From the IMG/VR virus record IMGVR_UViG_3300001460_000017: 64,000 bases of DNA; one strand, written 5' to 3'. The notes under the pieces are model-generated. The model searched no databases. It had not been told where the DNA came from and was given only the letters and a program-made list of their open reading frames with translations. The position numbers and the translations under genes were made by a program. Shown piece by piece: positions 47,229-57,031 of the stretch; within the stretch, counting starts at the first letter, position 1, and each line of letters begins with the position of its first letter. This DNA is from an uncultured virus (IMG/VR IMGVR_UViG_3300001460_000017). Lineage: Duplodnaviria > Heunggongvirae > Uroviricota > Caudoviricetes.

Positions 47229-47871
47229 ATTTTTTAATACTCCTATCCAATAATTCGTTAAATTGTTTTCTTTTATTGCCAATGTGTGCTTGAGCAATCA
47301 TGTGAACTCTTTCAGCATTGGCGTTGTTTACTACTTGATGATCTTTTAGTATGTTAATTAAAAATACTTTACCATGTTTCCAAGGCACTATTCCATGATC
47401 TTTAACTTCCATGTAACACAGTGCTGGGTGCATCACAGCAACATTTATAGGTATTAAGTATTCACAAAGATCATCTGGTAACGGATGTCCTGGATCATCA
47501 TTGTGCCAATCTATTTTTCCTGCAGGATTTAATTTCATAAAACGTATTCTACTGTATCTTTCTGCTGGAAAGTCTTCCCAAAACTTTTTTGCTAATGGAG
47601 TATCTACTTGAAGACTGGTCCAATCATACGGAGCATTTAGTTCATCTTCATATCCATATTCTTTTGCAACTCTTGTTTTGTCTACATCTAATCCATGCAA
47701 ACAACAACTTTCCCAACCTTTATGAGTTTCATCTTCTCTATGCTCCACGTAATGAGCATTTACATTATTAAATTCTTTTGTATCTAAATAATCCATAAAA
47801 TTTATATCCAGTTCTAGCCAAGGCAGACTGCCGTCTTTAAATTTGTTAAAAACTTTGGTTGCTGTATCCAT
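47212..47871 (-). CDS. Asp/Asn beta-hydroxylase-like 2OG-Fe(II) oxygenase
   Basis: RIRFMKL.P.G.IDWHND...HQVVN...RVHMI. Confidence 0.75.
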   Translation of the reverse strand: MDTATKVFNKFKDGSLPWLELDINFMDYLDTKEFNNVNAHYVEHREDETHKGWESCCLHGLDVDKTRVAKEYGYEDELNAPYDWTSLQVDTPLAKKFWEDFPAERYSRIRFMKLNPAGKIDWHNDDPGHPLPDDLCEYLIPINVAVMHPALCYMEVKDHGIVPWKHGKVFLINILKDHQVVNNANAERVHMIAQAHIGNKRKQFNELLDRSIKKYGISI

Positions 47872-47872
47872 A

Positions 47873-48478
47873 TTATTTCTTATGTCCTATAATCATAAAT
47901 CTGTTATACTTCTCTGTAGATAATGAAGCACTTGATTCAACAACAAGTCCACAGTCTTTTTCAAATTCTTTCAGTGACTGTTTGCAGTTCACGTGTTCTT
48001 CACAGTCAAAGAAATCATTACTTTGTAAAACAATTCTTTTATTGCTTGGTAATTTGGCTAGCCATTCGTTGTATTGTGTTGGAGTCATATGTTCGCACAC
48101 AGTATTAATAATTAGATTATGTTTGTCATAATTGTTATATAACACCATATCCGATGTGATTGACTGAAACCTTCCTTGTATTTCATAATCTTTGTTCATT
48201 ATGTTTGCCACTGATTCACATTTACTGTCTATGTCCATACTAGTAACCCGAGTAATATCTAACTCACTGTTAAACAATAATGTTGCTAAAACACCATTCC
48301 ATCCGCCACACAATAAAATATTGTAAGGAAGATTTTGTTGATATTTTTCCAAGTAATTGATCAACCAAACTTTACTATTGATTTGTCCTTTCCAGAAACT
48401 TTCTAATGTACGATGCTTATCATCAGACTGTCTGATTGCGTCCATCCAAAACATCACATCTGTAATATTAATCTTCAA
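47873..48478 (-). CDS. class I SAM-dependent methyltransferase-like protein
   Basis: ILLCGGWNG, SMDID, IINTVCEH. Confidence 0.65.
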   Translation of the reverse strand: MKINITDVMFWMDAIRQSDDKHRTLESFWKGQINSKVWLINYLEKYQQNLPYNILLCGGWNGVLATLLFNSELDITRVTSMDIDSKCESVANIMNKDYEIQGRFQSITSDMVLYNNYDKHNLIINTVCEHMTPTQYNEWLAKLPSNKRIVLQSNDFFDCEEHVNCKQSLKEFEKDCGLVVESSASLSTEKYNRFMIIGHKK

Positions 48479-49454
48479 ATTGAGCTCCTAGTTTATCAAA
48501 AGAACCACACTGTTTACCACACTCTTGCAATGGCGTATGACCCCAAGTTTTTTCAATCTTATCAAAGTATCCATTGTTAAATATTTCTTTTAGACTATGT
48601 TTATTTAAATTAGGAAATTCTCCAATTCTGTCCATGTAATCTATTCTACTTGCCTGATAAGGCGGAATCCATTCCATATCTAACCAACAGCAAGGAGATA
48701 TATTACCACAAGCACTCACATACAACTGACGATTTTTTACTGCTTTACATATAATAGTTGGCGTAGTTTCATTTTGTGATTCTTTTACTAAAGGTATCAT
48801 CTCTGCACTTTTTTGTGTGGGTTCTAATTTGTGTAAAGGATTACCTTTCTCATCTATTACTTGCAAAGCACCTTGATGAAATCTTGATGTATGTTTAGTA
48901 GTAAATGTTTTAAATCCTAAATTTTGAGACATCTCCCTTGCCTCTTCTACTTGATGTTCATTGTGTTTGAACACCAGCATATGCCATTTAGCAAATCCAC
49001 CTTCTTCGATAAATGCGTTAGCATTACCTATAATTTTGTCAAAATCTGTAGATATTCTATAAAGATGATTAGTATCCTTTAAGCCATCTAATCCAAAAGT
49101 AACTTTTACATTTACTTTTGCTAACTTTCTCCACCATTCTTTATTTTTAGCACTTCCGTTTGTGTGCATGGCAAGTCCTATTCTAGGATTGACTGCTCGT
49201 AGGTGTTGGTATATTTCTAATGTGTCTTTGCTGACAATTGGGTCTCCTAAATTTCCGCACATAAACAAACTGTCTAATTGTTTAATAAAATCTTCAGGAA
49301 ACCATTTTTTAAATATTTCTAATGTAATATCATCTAAATGTATAAAAGGATTTAATGGACCGCCATTTATTCTTCTAGGACACATAGGACATTTGGCTTG
49401 ACATCTACTAGTGATTTCTAAATGAATATCTCTTATATCTTCCAGTTTATACAT
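48468..49454 (-). CDS. radical SAM/SPASM protein
   Basis: CQAKCPMC; GNLGDP; HTNG; ICKA...PCC...CGKQC. Confidence 0.85.
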   Translation of the reverse strand: MYKLEDIRDIHLEITSRCQAKCPMCPRRINGGPLNPFIHLDDITLEIFKKWFPEDFIKQLDSLFMCGNLGDPIVSKDTLEIYQHLRAVNPRIGLAMHTNGSAKNKEWWRKLAKVNVKVTFGLDGLKDTNHLYRISTDFDKIIGNANAFIEEGGFAKWHMLVFKHNEHQVEEAREMSQNLGFKTFTTKHTSRFHQGALQVIDEKGNPLHKLEPTQKSAEMIPLVKESQNETTPTIICKAVKNRQLYVSACGNISPCCWLDMEWIPPYQASRIDYMDRIGEFPNLNKHSLKEIFNNGYFDKIEKTWGHTPLQECGKQCGSFDKLGAQFED

Positions 49455-50460
49455 TTATTGTTTCCTTCTGTCTTGATTTAGGGATTTTACTATCAGCAGA
49501 ACTGACGCAAGTTGGTGTTATACATTTACTAGGATTTTTAAATAATTCAAATCCTTCATCGATTGTTCCTAACGGTTCATCGTGACAACTGTATGCTCTT
49601 TTAATTTCACCTCCCGGCTCTCTTACAATACAACTTTGATACCCTGCATTACAATTCCAACCTTGAAACTTATTGAATCCAAAAGCATTGAATCTTTCTG
49701 CTTGATCTAATTCGTAAAAATTATCTTTGTTATCCATAAGGCTTATTTGACCAATTGCTGATCCATCATTTTTCTTTAATGGAAATCCTGTTTTCATTAA
49801 TTCTATTTGCTCGTCACTGTAACCTGATACAATTTCACTTGCTGATTCATTGCTTTGTGGTTTTAATGTGACGTTTATTCCTCTATCGTTAAATCTTTTA
49901 CATCTATCATATAGTTCATTAAACAGTTCTGGAACCATTACTTGATTAATTGTAACATAAACTCCTGCATCTGTTAACATTAAAAGTTTATCTCCAAAAG
50001 TTTGTTCATCTGCAAATTCGTGATGGTAACTTGCAGTTATGCTTCTACGCATTAAGGACTCTGTGGCTTTAAGCCAAGTTTTCCACCATTTCATTCCTGG
50101 CGAACAATTTGTTGTCATGTGAATACTTTGATATTTACTTTTTTCATCTGAGGCATAATGACCAATCAAGGGCAAGAATCTTTTGTATGCTGTTGGTTCT
50201 CCACCACTAAAACTAAAATGAAACTTATCAAACCCATTACTTCGTGCTTGAGATTTAATTTCATCCATTGTTTTTTTATAAACTTCTAATGGTCTGTGGT
50301 CTACTTTTTTAGAATGGGCATAGGGCCAACAATATGAACAATCATAGTTACAGAATCTGCTTAATATCCAACTCACATTGAATAAATTTTTCCATATCAT
50401 TGTCCGTTGTCCAAACTGGATGATATCATGAAAAGGTATTTTAGTAGTAGGTACTGACAC
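49447..50460 (-). CDS. radical SAM protein with C-terminal Cys cluster
   Basis: GTG start after GAGGAG; CNYDCSYC; SGGEPT; CNAG...SCH...CITPTC. Confidence 0.85.
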   Translation of the reverse strand: MSVPTTKIPFHDIIQFGQRTMIWKNLFNVSWILSRFCNYDCSYCWPYAHSKKVDHRPLEVYKKTMDEIKSQARSNGFDKFHFSFSGGEPTAYKRFLPLIGHYASDEKSKYQSIHMTTNCSPGMKWWKTWLKATESLMRRSITASYHHEFADEQTFGDKLLMLTDAGVYVTINQVMVPELFNELYDRCKRFNDRGINVTLKPQSNESASEIVSGYSDEQIELMKTGFPLKKNDGSAIGQISLMDNKDNFYELDQAERFNAFGFNKFQGWNCNAGYQSCIVREPGGEIKRAYSCHDEPLGTIDEGFELFKNPSKCITPTCVSSADSKIPKSRQKETINV

Positions 50461-51130
50461 TGCAGGTCTCCTCAAAATGTTTTTTAAGCCAATCAAAATC
50501 ATTAATGTAATTCAGTTTGTCTTTGTTTTCTGTGCCGAATTTTTTACCTGACTTTGCTCCTTCAATTGCAAAGTCTCCGTAAGGTCTATCTGCACCTTTG
50601 CTACACCATACATCTAATCGATGTTCTGTTTCATTGTCTTGTTGTCTGTCAATTATTTTAGAACTTAATTTTACACACTCTCTAAAAGCACTTTTCCACG
50701 CACTGAAAGGATCTGAATTAAATGCTGTGATGTTTGATACTTGCTTAATTGCTTTAAAGTTTTTAGAAATACTTGTAGTCATATCAGTTGTGGTTGTATT
50801 CATATCTAAAGTTAATTGCTTTGGTAATAATTTTACTCCGCCATATCCATATTGTAAATCATTTATAGGATTGCGACTTTGCCACACATGGACTGTTTCT
50901 AAATTGTATTGGTCCACGCTGTAATCGAAATTAAAGTCATCTACTATTTGAGCATCTGCATCAACTACCCAAAACATTTTTGTCATGGATACTTCTGCCG
51001 CTTCTATATGTGCTTTGTGAATTCCTTTCACTCCTTTTACTCGTTGAGCAATAGGAAAACGTTCACACAACGTTTTATAATTGTGATCTGCTAAATCTTC
51101 ATTGTAACTTATAAACACAATGTCATACAT
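50441..51130 (-). CDS. GT-A fold glycosyltransferase-like protein
   Basis: DIVFISYNE, WVVDAD (DxD), AWKSAFRE. Confidence 0.65.
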   Translation of the reverse strand: MYDIVFISYNEDLADHNYKTLCERFPIAQRVKGVKGIHKAHIEAAEVSMTKMFWVVDADAQIVDDFNFDYSVDQYNLETVHVWQSRNPINDLQYGYGGVKLLPKQLTLDMNTTTTDMTTSISKNFKAIKQVSNITAFNSDPFSAWKSAFRECVKLSSKIIDRQQDNETEHRLDVWCSKGADRPYGDFAIEGAKSGKKFGTENKDKLNYINDFDWLKKHFEETCSVSTYY

Positions 51131-52038
51131 TATCTTGTTTTCCTCATTATTCTTGGAGTATTAAGATACACTTTCTTAAAAAACTTACTCTGTGCTTCAC
51201 TTAATGGAGTTATGGGTAAGTCAATCTCGTGTTCAGCATTGATCTTTTTACCTAGTTCAATACTGTCTTCATAAAAGTCAACTTTAACGTCATCATGAAG
51301 TTCAAACTTCCAATACTTTTCAAAGAATCTATATTCGTTTGCTTGACCGATGTCCCAATCTGTACACATTGTAAGATAACATCCTGTTCTTGCTCCATGA
51401 ATAGCATGAATGCCGTAAGGATTATCCATACCCACTGTCATCCATACAAGTAATCGTTGATAGTTTTGCCACCATAAGTCTTTTGGTGCTTGTCGAACAT
51501 TTTTATCCAAACTCATTTTAACACCTTCTCTAAATCCTGCTCTCCAAGCCTGGTATGCAGATCCATCTATGTGACTGATTGAATGATTATCGTTGAATTG
51601 ATAGTAATTTGGAAAATGACAAAACTCTATTACATTTTTATTTTCACTATCTGCTTCGCCATCGTGATTTTCATGCGTCCGCATATTTTTTACAAAATCT
51701 TGTGTCCAACATTTTAGACTGCCATTGCCGTATTTTAATCCGTTAAGTTCTATATGCCCACACCAACTAAATTGATAAGTGTTGTCTAGTTTCAACTCAT
51801 CCAAATCAACAGTTGCATCTAAAAAACTGTCATGCACTTGCGTATCAGCATCAACTGTGATAAATCTGTCTGATGTAGATATTTCTGCCGCTTTTTTATG
51901 TGCAGTATCAAATCCTTTTACACCGTGTACACGTTTTGCCCAAGGAATTTTTCTTTTTAAATCAGCAAAGTTTTTTTCAGCATTTGGCTCGTCAACACTT
52001 AAGAACACAAAATCCATATCAGATACTTTTAAAATCAT
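51130..52038 (-). CDS. GT-A fold glycosyltransferase-like protein
   Basis: DFVFLSVDE, ITVDAD, AWRAGFRE; paralog of adjacent gene. Confidence 0.65.
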   Translation of the reverse strand: MILKVSDMDFVFLSVDEPNAEKNFADLKRKIPWAKRVHGVKGFDTAHKKAAEISTSDRFITVDADTQVHDSFLDATVDLDELKLDNTYQFSWCGHIELNGLKYGNGSLKCWTQDFVKNMRTHENHDGEADSENKNVIEFCHFPNYYQFNDNHSISHIDGSAYQAWRAGFREGVKMSLDKNVRQAPKDLWWQNYQRLLVWMTVGMDNPYGIHAIHGARTGCYLTMCTDWDIGQANEYRFFEKYWKFELHDDVKVDFYEDSIELGKKINAEHEIDLPITPLSEAQSKFFKKVYLNTPRIMRKTR

Positions 52039-52631
52039 TGTGTTACCTCATATGAGTAATTGTAAACTTTTCTACAAAACAATCTTGGTATTTGATTAGA
52101 GTTGTGATCAATTTGAACATTACCAACAGCACACAATTGTGTCATGTCTACTTCAAATGAATATTCAGGCACACTGGTATTGTTTTTTGGAGTTGTAAAA
52201 AATTTAAATATAAAATTGTCTTGTGTAACTGTGTTCTGTATTACATTCTTTAATTCATCATCTATACTGATATTCCATTTTTTATTTTTCATATCTAATA
52301 CAAATCTAACACACGAATCAGTATCATTTTTTCCTATTTCATAAATTACTTTGTTGATGTGATCATCTGTTTTTACATCATTTTGTAATTTATTATTTTC
52401 AACAAACAATGATTCAACAACATATTCGGTATTTTTAAATACTACTCTGTAATCCGTTAATTCTTTTGTTCCATTGTGTATTCCATCTGCCAGTTCTTTT
52501 GTAATTTCTACACTGTGTCCTTGATGTTGTACACTGCAACCAAACACGTCTCCTGTTTCAATATCAAAATGAAAATAATATTTTACTTTAGGACGTATTA
52601 CGTCAAATTCCAATGGCGGTCTTATATACAT
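52035..52631 (-). CDS. hypothetical protein
   Basis: 198 aa ORF overlapping both neighbours. Confidence 0.65.
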   Translation of the reverse strand: MYIRPPLEFDVIRPKVKYYFHFDIETGDVFGCSVQHQGHSVEITKELADGIHNGTKELTDYRVVFKNTEYVVESLFVENNKLQNDVKTDDHINKVIYEIGKNDTDSCVRFVLDMKNKKWNISIDDELKNVIQNTVTQDNFIFKFFTTPKNNTSVPEYSFEVDMTQLCAVGNVQIDHNSNQIPRLFCRKVYNYSYEVTQ

Positions 52632-53449
52632 TTCAGTTGCTCCAGCATATTATCTGTTAAAAAATTATCTTCCACATAGTGAAACAAACCTTTTTGCTTA
52701 ATATTACCTACAAATAATTCGCTTTGTGAATTGAGGTTGTAATCTATTTGCTCAGTCCATAAATTTAATTCACTTTTATAGTTTTGTATTCGAGGTTTCA
52801 TGTGTGTAAATGTTAAATTAGAGTGCTTACTAAAAACTTTGTGTTGTATTCCTAATAATTTGATTGCTATTGCTGTGGCAACATCCATACTGCACCAAGA
52901 TTGTGTTCTATTTTTTGTAAAACGTTTGCTGTATTGTTCATAGTTAACTACTATATCTGTTAATAAATCAAAAAACACCTTATTGTTTTTACATTTTTTA
53001 AAGTAGTGAAATCCACAATACACATTGGGCAACGAATTTTCTACAAATACTTTTCTATAATAATCATCTGAAACCCATTCATTTCTATATGTTTTTACTT
53101 TGTCTGTGTAATACAATTCATATTTGCTCAATTGATCCCACCAATGTTCTATATTTTCTAACAATAACATATCTACATCTAGCACAATGGATTGTTCAAA
53201 TGGACTATTTCTATAAATTTTGCATCTGTTGTTGACTTTCCATTCACTGTCAACTGCTAGATCTAATCCTGGTATATCTTGAATATGATCAAAATGTTTT
53301 TTATAGTTTTCAGGAACATCAATGTCTGTCATTAAACATATTTGATCATCGGGCATAAACTTTTTAATACTCAGACTACAAGCCACTGCTTGTTTTAAAT
53401 AATCAGAAGTATTGTTCTTCTGCACAAATAATATAAAACCTCTATTCAT
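52622..53449 (-). CDS. GT-A fold glycosyltransferase (GT8-like)
   Basis: YLKQA...SIK, SPFEQSIVLDVD (DxD), FTHMK. Confidence 0.7.
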   Translation of the reverse strand: MNRGFILFVQKNNTSDYLKQAVACSLSIKKFMPDDQICLMTDIDVPENYKKHFDHIQDIPGLDLAVDSEWKVNNRCKIYRNSPFEQSIVLDVDMLLLENIEHWWDQLSKYELYYTDKVKTYRNEWVSDDYYRKVFVENSLPNVYCGFHYFKKCKNNKVFFDLLTDIVVNYEQYSKRFTKNRTQSWCSMDVATAIAIKLLGIQHKVFSKHSNLTFTHMKPRIQNYKSELNLWTEQIDYNLNSQSELFVGNIKQKGLFHYVEDNFLTDNMLEQLKCI

Positions 53450-54254
53450 ATTGATCTATAATCTTATTCAATCCTATTTTGTTCATTATGTGTATGTTCA
53501 TGTCTTTGATTTGACACTTTGCTCCTCGTTCGAAAGTAAAATTCCATTTACTGTCTACATACGAATCTACACTGTCTTTATCTGTGGTGTAAAACAGTTT
53601 GCTAGGCAATTGCTTGGGCCAATTAGTTTTAGCAAAATCATTAATCATATGAATTGCTATGGCAAATGCAAAATCATTTCTATAAATTGAGTTTTCAATT
53701 TGATATTTGAACCTGTAGAATTCCCATTCATTTTTTATGTGATTGATTAATTCAAATAAAATTTTAGTTCTTTCAGTTTTTTTAAAATAAAACACTGTGG
53801 CCCAACACATTTCAATACCTGTATCACTCACGTATTTCATTTCTTCTGTGTATTTGGATTCAAAGTCTATGTGTTGTGCTTTGTAGTTGATTAGAAAATC
53901 TTCTTTGCTTTTAAACACTTTGTTGAGATTGCTATTTGCCACAATGTAATCTGTATCCATCACAATGGTTTCATCGTATGGAGTTAAAGAATATGCATCT
54001 GGTCTAGAAGTATTGTTCCAAGAATCTTCATAACTCTGTGTAGCATTGTAAAATCTTTTTGTTTGAGCAGTGCTTGGTTTTTCTACCACAATCACATGAT
54101 TAAAATTGTTATGATCTTCGTTGAATTTGTCTGATGTAATCAAACACACTGGCAAATCAAGATGTTTTTTAATCTGACCTGCACAAAAATTAGCCTGTTT
54201 AACATAATCCACAGTGCTATTATTATGAGCAAAAAGTAAAACCCCTTTGGTCAT
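53442..54254 (-). CDS. GT-A fold glycosyltransferase (GT8-like)
   Basis: YVKQA, TPYDETIVMDTD, RNDFAF, HIMNK; paralog of adjacent gene. Confidence 0.7.
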   Translation of the reverse strand: MTKGVLLFAHNNSTVDYVKQANFCAGQIKKHLDLPVCLITSDKFNEDHNNFNHVIVVEKPSTAQTKRFYNATQSYEDSWNNTSRPDAYSLTPYDETIVMDTDYIVANSNLNKVFKSKEDFLINYKAQHIDFESKYTEEMKYVSDTGIEMCWATVFYFKKTERTKILFELINHIKNEWEFYRFKYQIENSIYRNDFAFAIAIHMINDFAKTNWPKQLPSKLFYTTDKDSVDSYVDSKWNFTFERGAKCQIKDMNIHIMNKIGLNKIIDQYE

Positions 54255-54256
54255 GA

Positions 54257-54592
54257 TTAAATCTCACCTTTGTCTTTCAACAATTGATTGTATTCAACAA
54301 AGTATTGATTTAAATTGCGTTGATATTGATCAGTAACATTGCTATGAAAGGATTTTATATCTGTAATTTTGACAGGAATCTTGTAATCATCAAGAAAGAT
54401 TGCTTCATTTGTTTTTTTGATGTTGATGTACGTTAAACAGTAATTGATCAGACTGAGATCTATTGTAAATTGGTGTCCTTCGGTATAATAGATATTATTT
54501 TCAAGACATTTCTCTTTCAACAATTTCAATTGATTATTGAACGTTCTTAGGCGTTCTGAGTATTCCAAAGATTTTGATAAGGATTCATCCAT
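54257..54592 (-). CDS. hypothetical protein
   Basis: 111 aa ORF heading the glycosyltransferase run. Confidence 0.65.
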   Translation of the reverse strand: MDESLSKSLEYSERLRTFNNQLKLLKEKCLENNIYYTEGHQFTIDLSLINYCLTYINIKKTNEAIFLDDYKIPVKITDIKSFHSNVTDQYQRNLNQYFVEYNQLLKDKGEI

Positions 54593-54604
54593 AATATTAA
54601 AAAT

Positions 54605-54633
54605 ATTATACTTGATTTTTGGATATAAGTCAA
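54605..54633 (-). promoter_or_regulatory. sigma70-type promoter
   Basis: TTGACT-17 nt-TATAAT on minus strand. Confidence 0.7.
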
Positions 54634-54641
54634 ACTATAGA

Positions 54642-55508
54642 TTAGAAATTATCGCCAGAACCACGTACAACACCTGGTGCAGTACCAATTACATCTGTGA
54701 TTGCTGTTGCTGTGTAGAAATAGGATCTTAGGTTACCAATATTTTCATCTGGATTACCACCTGCTTGATCTCTCCAATACACTGAGAATTGTATTTGAGT
54801 GTCGCTTGTTGATTGCACATTCACATAATAATCGTTGGCGGCATATGCTCCACCACCTGCATTAAAGTTTGATAATATTCTTTGTGCTGTTCCGTCTAAT
54901 TCGAAGTTTCCTATTGAGGTTGATGGAGTTCCATTTCCTGTGTGTGTTGTACCATGAGCACCAAATTTTAAATTTCCGCCCATTACTGAATTCCAAGAAC
55001 TTCCTTTTGAACTGCCGTCTGTTGTGCTAGATGAAATTTGAATATATCCACCTGCATTAAAATAATGTCTTCTAGCATCTGCTGATGCAAAATTTACGTT
55101 CACAATAAGAGTAATATTTCCATTCCAAGCACCTCTAGTATTGTTCAATGAAAGAACAACTGATTGCTGTGTAGGGTCAACTGTTAATCTGTTTGTGCCA
55201 ATTGTTGTTGCTAATGCTTCGTATTGATCCCAGCCTGTGTAACTGACGCCATCATTTTCTTTAATAAGGTCACCTTGATTTACTGCTTGGATAATGTTGT
55301 TTGCTGGATTACCACCTGTTTGGTGTTTGTATGCTTTTCTTAAATCTTCGTATGAATTATTAATGTTGGTTGCATTGATTAAATCACCAACTTGAACAGA
55401 TTGAGTTATAAGTGTTTGTCCATATCCAGTATCACCTGAACCATTTCCTAACACATTGTCTACTTGTTGTCTTAAAGTGTTGAATCTATTTGCTGTTACT
55501 AAAGCCAT
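54642..55508 (-). CDS. virion structural protein (tail/fibre-associated)
   Basis: 288 aa rich in G/T/N/S; ATAAATA at 55529-55535 (-); within structural module. Confidence 0.65.
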   Translation of the reverse strand: MALVTANRFNTLRQQVDNVLGNGSGDTGYGQTLITQSVQVGDLINATNINNSYEDLRKAYKHQTGGNPANNIIQAVNQGDLIKENDGVSYTGWDQYEALATTIGTNRLTVDPTQQSVVLSLNNTRGAWNGNITLIVNVNFASADARRHYFNAGGYIQISSSTTDGSSKGSSWNSVMGGNLKFGAHGTTHTGNGTPSTSIGNFELDGTAQRILSNFNAGGGAYAANDYYVNVQSTSDTQIQFSVYWRDQAGGNPDENIGNLRSYFYTATAITDVIGTAPGVVRGSGDNF

Positions 55509-55523
55509 TGTATTTTATTCCTA

Positions 55524-57002
55524 CTAATTATTTATTAAACGTAGTGCGACCTCAACTAATTTTGTGGATGTATCTGAATTTGATTCTAATGCAAAGCCAA
55601 CTAATTGTCCTTTTTTGGTAGTAGTTCCTAAACCTAAGTCTGCGGCATATATTTTTTCACCTTTTTCAACTGCGCCTGTAACTTTTACTGGAACACGTCC
55701 AACAAAAGCAATTGCTTGTCCTTCAGCGTCTTTGTTCATTAAGAAACCAGGATTACCTGATATAACTCCAAACACGTTGCCACCAAATGGACCACCATCA
55801 AAAAATGCTGTTGTTTCTGCGTCACCGCCAATTGCCATTACTGTTCCAACTTCATATTCTTTATCTGTTGTGTAGATCTCAGCCAAGTCAGCATAAGAAG
55901 CCGATGTTGCCACACCGTCAAAAGTATTTGCTACAATTTTTCCTGTGCCATCTCTTAATGCCACTGTGTTGTTCACTGCTGTTGTTGAACCTAAATATGT
56001 TGTTGCACCAAAGTCTATACCTGAAGCACTGTCCGCCAAACCTTTAAAATAATTTGCGTGTACTTCATACCATTTGTCAGTAACAATACCTAAACTTTTA
56101 TTTCCAGTTCCTGGAATAATACCTTCTGTACTTACAAAAGCAATTTCATTAACTGTGCCGGTGTCATTTACTTTTAAAGAAATTTTACTGCCTATTTCGT
56201 TAGCAATGGCTCCATCTGTTCCGTTTTCAATTGAAACTTTTAAATCGTTTGAATCACCAACAGTAAATCCTACATCACCAAATCTTACAATGCTAGAAAA
56301 AGCACTTGCTCCTGCTTTGATGTAATCAGATGCTAAAAATCCACCTAATCTATCTGAGTTTGATGCTGTACCATAAAATCTATGATCAGTGGATGTAACA
56401 CCATTTGTTGTTGATTGTGTGTTTACTAATGTTATACCTTTTTTAACAACATCAAATCCTGTTATTGTGTTGTTTGGATCTGCTGTACCTATTGTAAATT
56501 CTGTTGAACTGAATAATAATACAGTGTCGTTATTAATTTTACCTTCAATAATAATTTGATTAGCATTTAGGCTGTCTTTGATTTGTCTTGAAACAAACTG
56601 AGTAACTGAACTTCCTGTTCCTTGTGGACCTACAAGAATAAAACTTGTTCCGTCCCAAGCATACAATTGACTGTTTGCTGAATCCCACCAAAAATCTCCA
56701 GTAGTTAATCCTGCTGGTGCAGTAGTACCTACTTCAGCACCGCCTGTTGTTCTGAATTTTGTTCCATCATAAAACTTTAATTTGCTTGAAGATGTGTCAA
56801 ACCATATTTGACCACCTAGTGGACGACTTGGTTGACTGCCACTAGCAAAGTTTTCTAATAGGTGTAAGAAGTTTTCGTTTTGAATTTCACCGTAACCAGC
56901 ATAGTTTTTACCTATAAAACGTAGATTACTTGTATTATCAATAGTACCGTCTTCTACAGTTGCTATCAGTGTTCCATCAAATTTGTTAACAATATATGCC
57001 AT
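55524..57002 (-). CDS. tail fibre protein with C-terminal intramolecular-chaperone-like domain
   Basis: Shared N-domain GKNYAGYGE..ENFLHLLENFA..GQIWFD; C-terminal YADLAEIY...GRVPVKV. Confidence 0.7.
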   Translation of the reverse strand: MAYIVNKFDGTLIATVEDGTIDNTSNLRFIGKNYAGYGEIQNENFLHLLENFASGSQPSRPLGGQIWFDTSSSKLKFYDGTKFRTTGGAEVGTTAPAGLTTGDFWWDSANSQLYAWDGTSFILVGPQGTGSSVTQFVSRQIKDSLNANQIIIEGKINNDTVLLFSSTEFTIGTADPNNTITGFDVVKKGITLVNTQSTTNGVTSTDHRFYGTASNSDRLGGFLASDYIKAGASAFSSIVRFGDVGFTVGDSNDLKVSIENGTDGAIANEIGSKISLKVNDTGTVNEIAFVSTEGIIPGTGNKSLGIVTDKWYEVHANYFKGLADSASGIDFGATTYLGSTTAVNNTVALRDGTGKIVANTFDGVATSASYADLAEIYTTDKEYEVGTVMAIGGDAETTAFFDGGPFGGNVFGVISGNPGFLMNKDAEGQAIAFVGRVPVKVTGAVEKGEKIYAADLGLGTTTKKGQLVGFALESNSDTSTKLVEVALRLINN

Positions 57003-57031
57003 AAATCCCTTTGTTTCTTATATTTATCGTC

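Noticed and set aside
31279..54254. Classical RiPP cluster with a short precursor peptide
   Set aside because: No convincing small precursor ORF, transporter or peptidase in the island; genes are nearly contiguous
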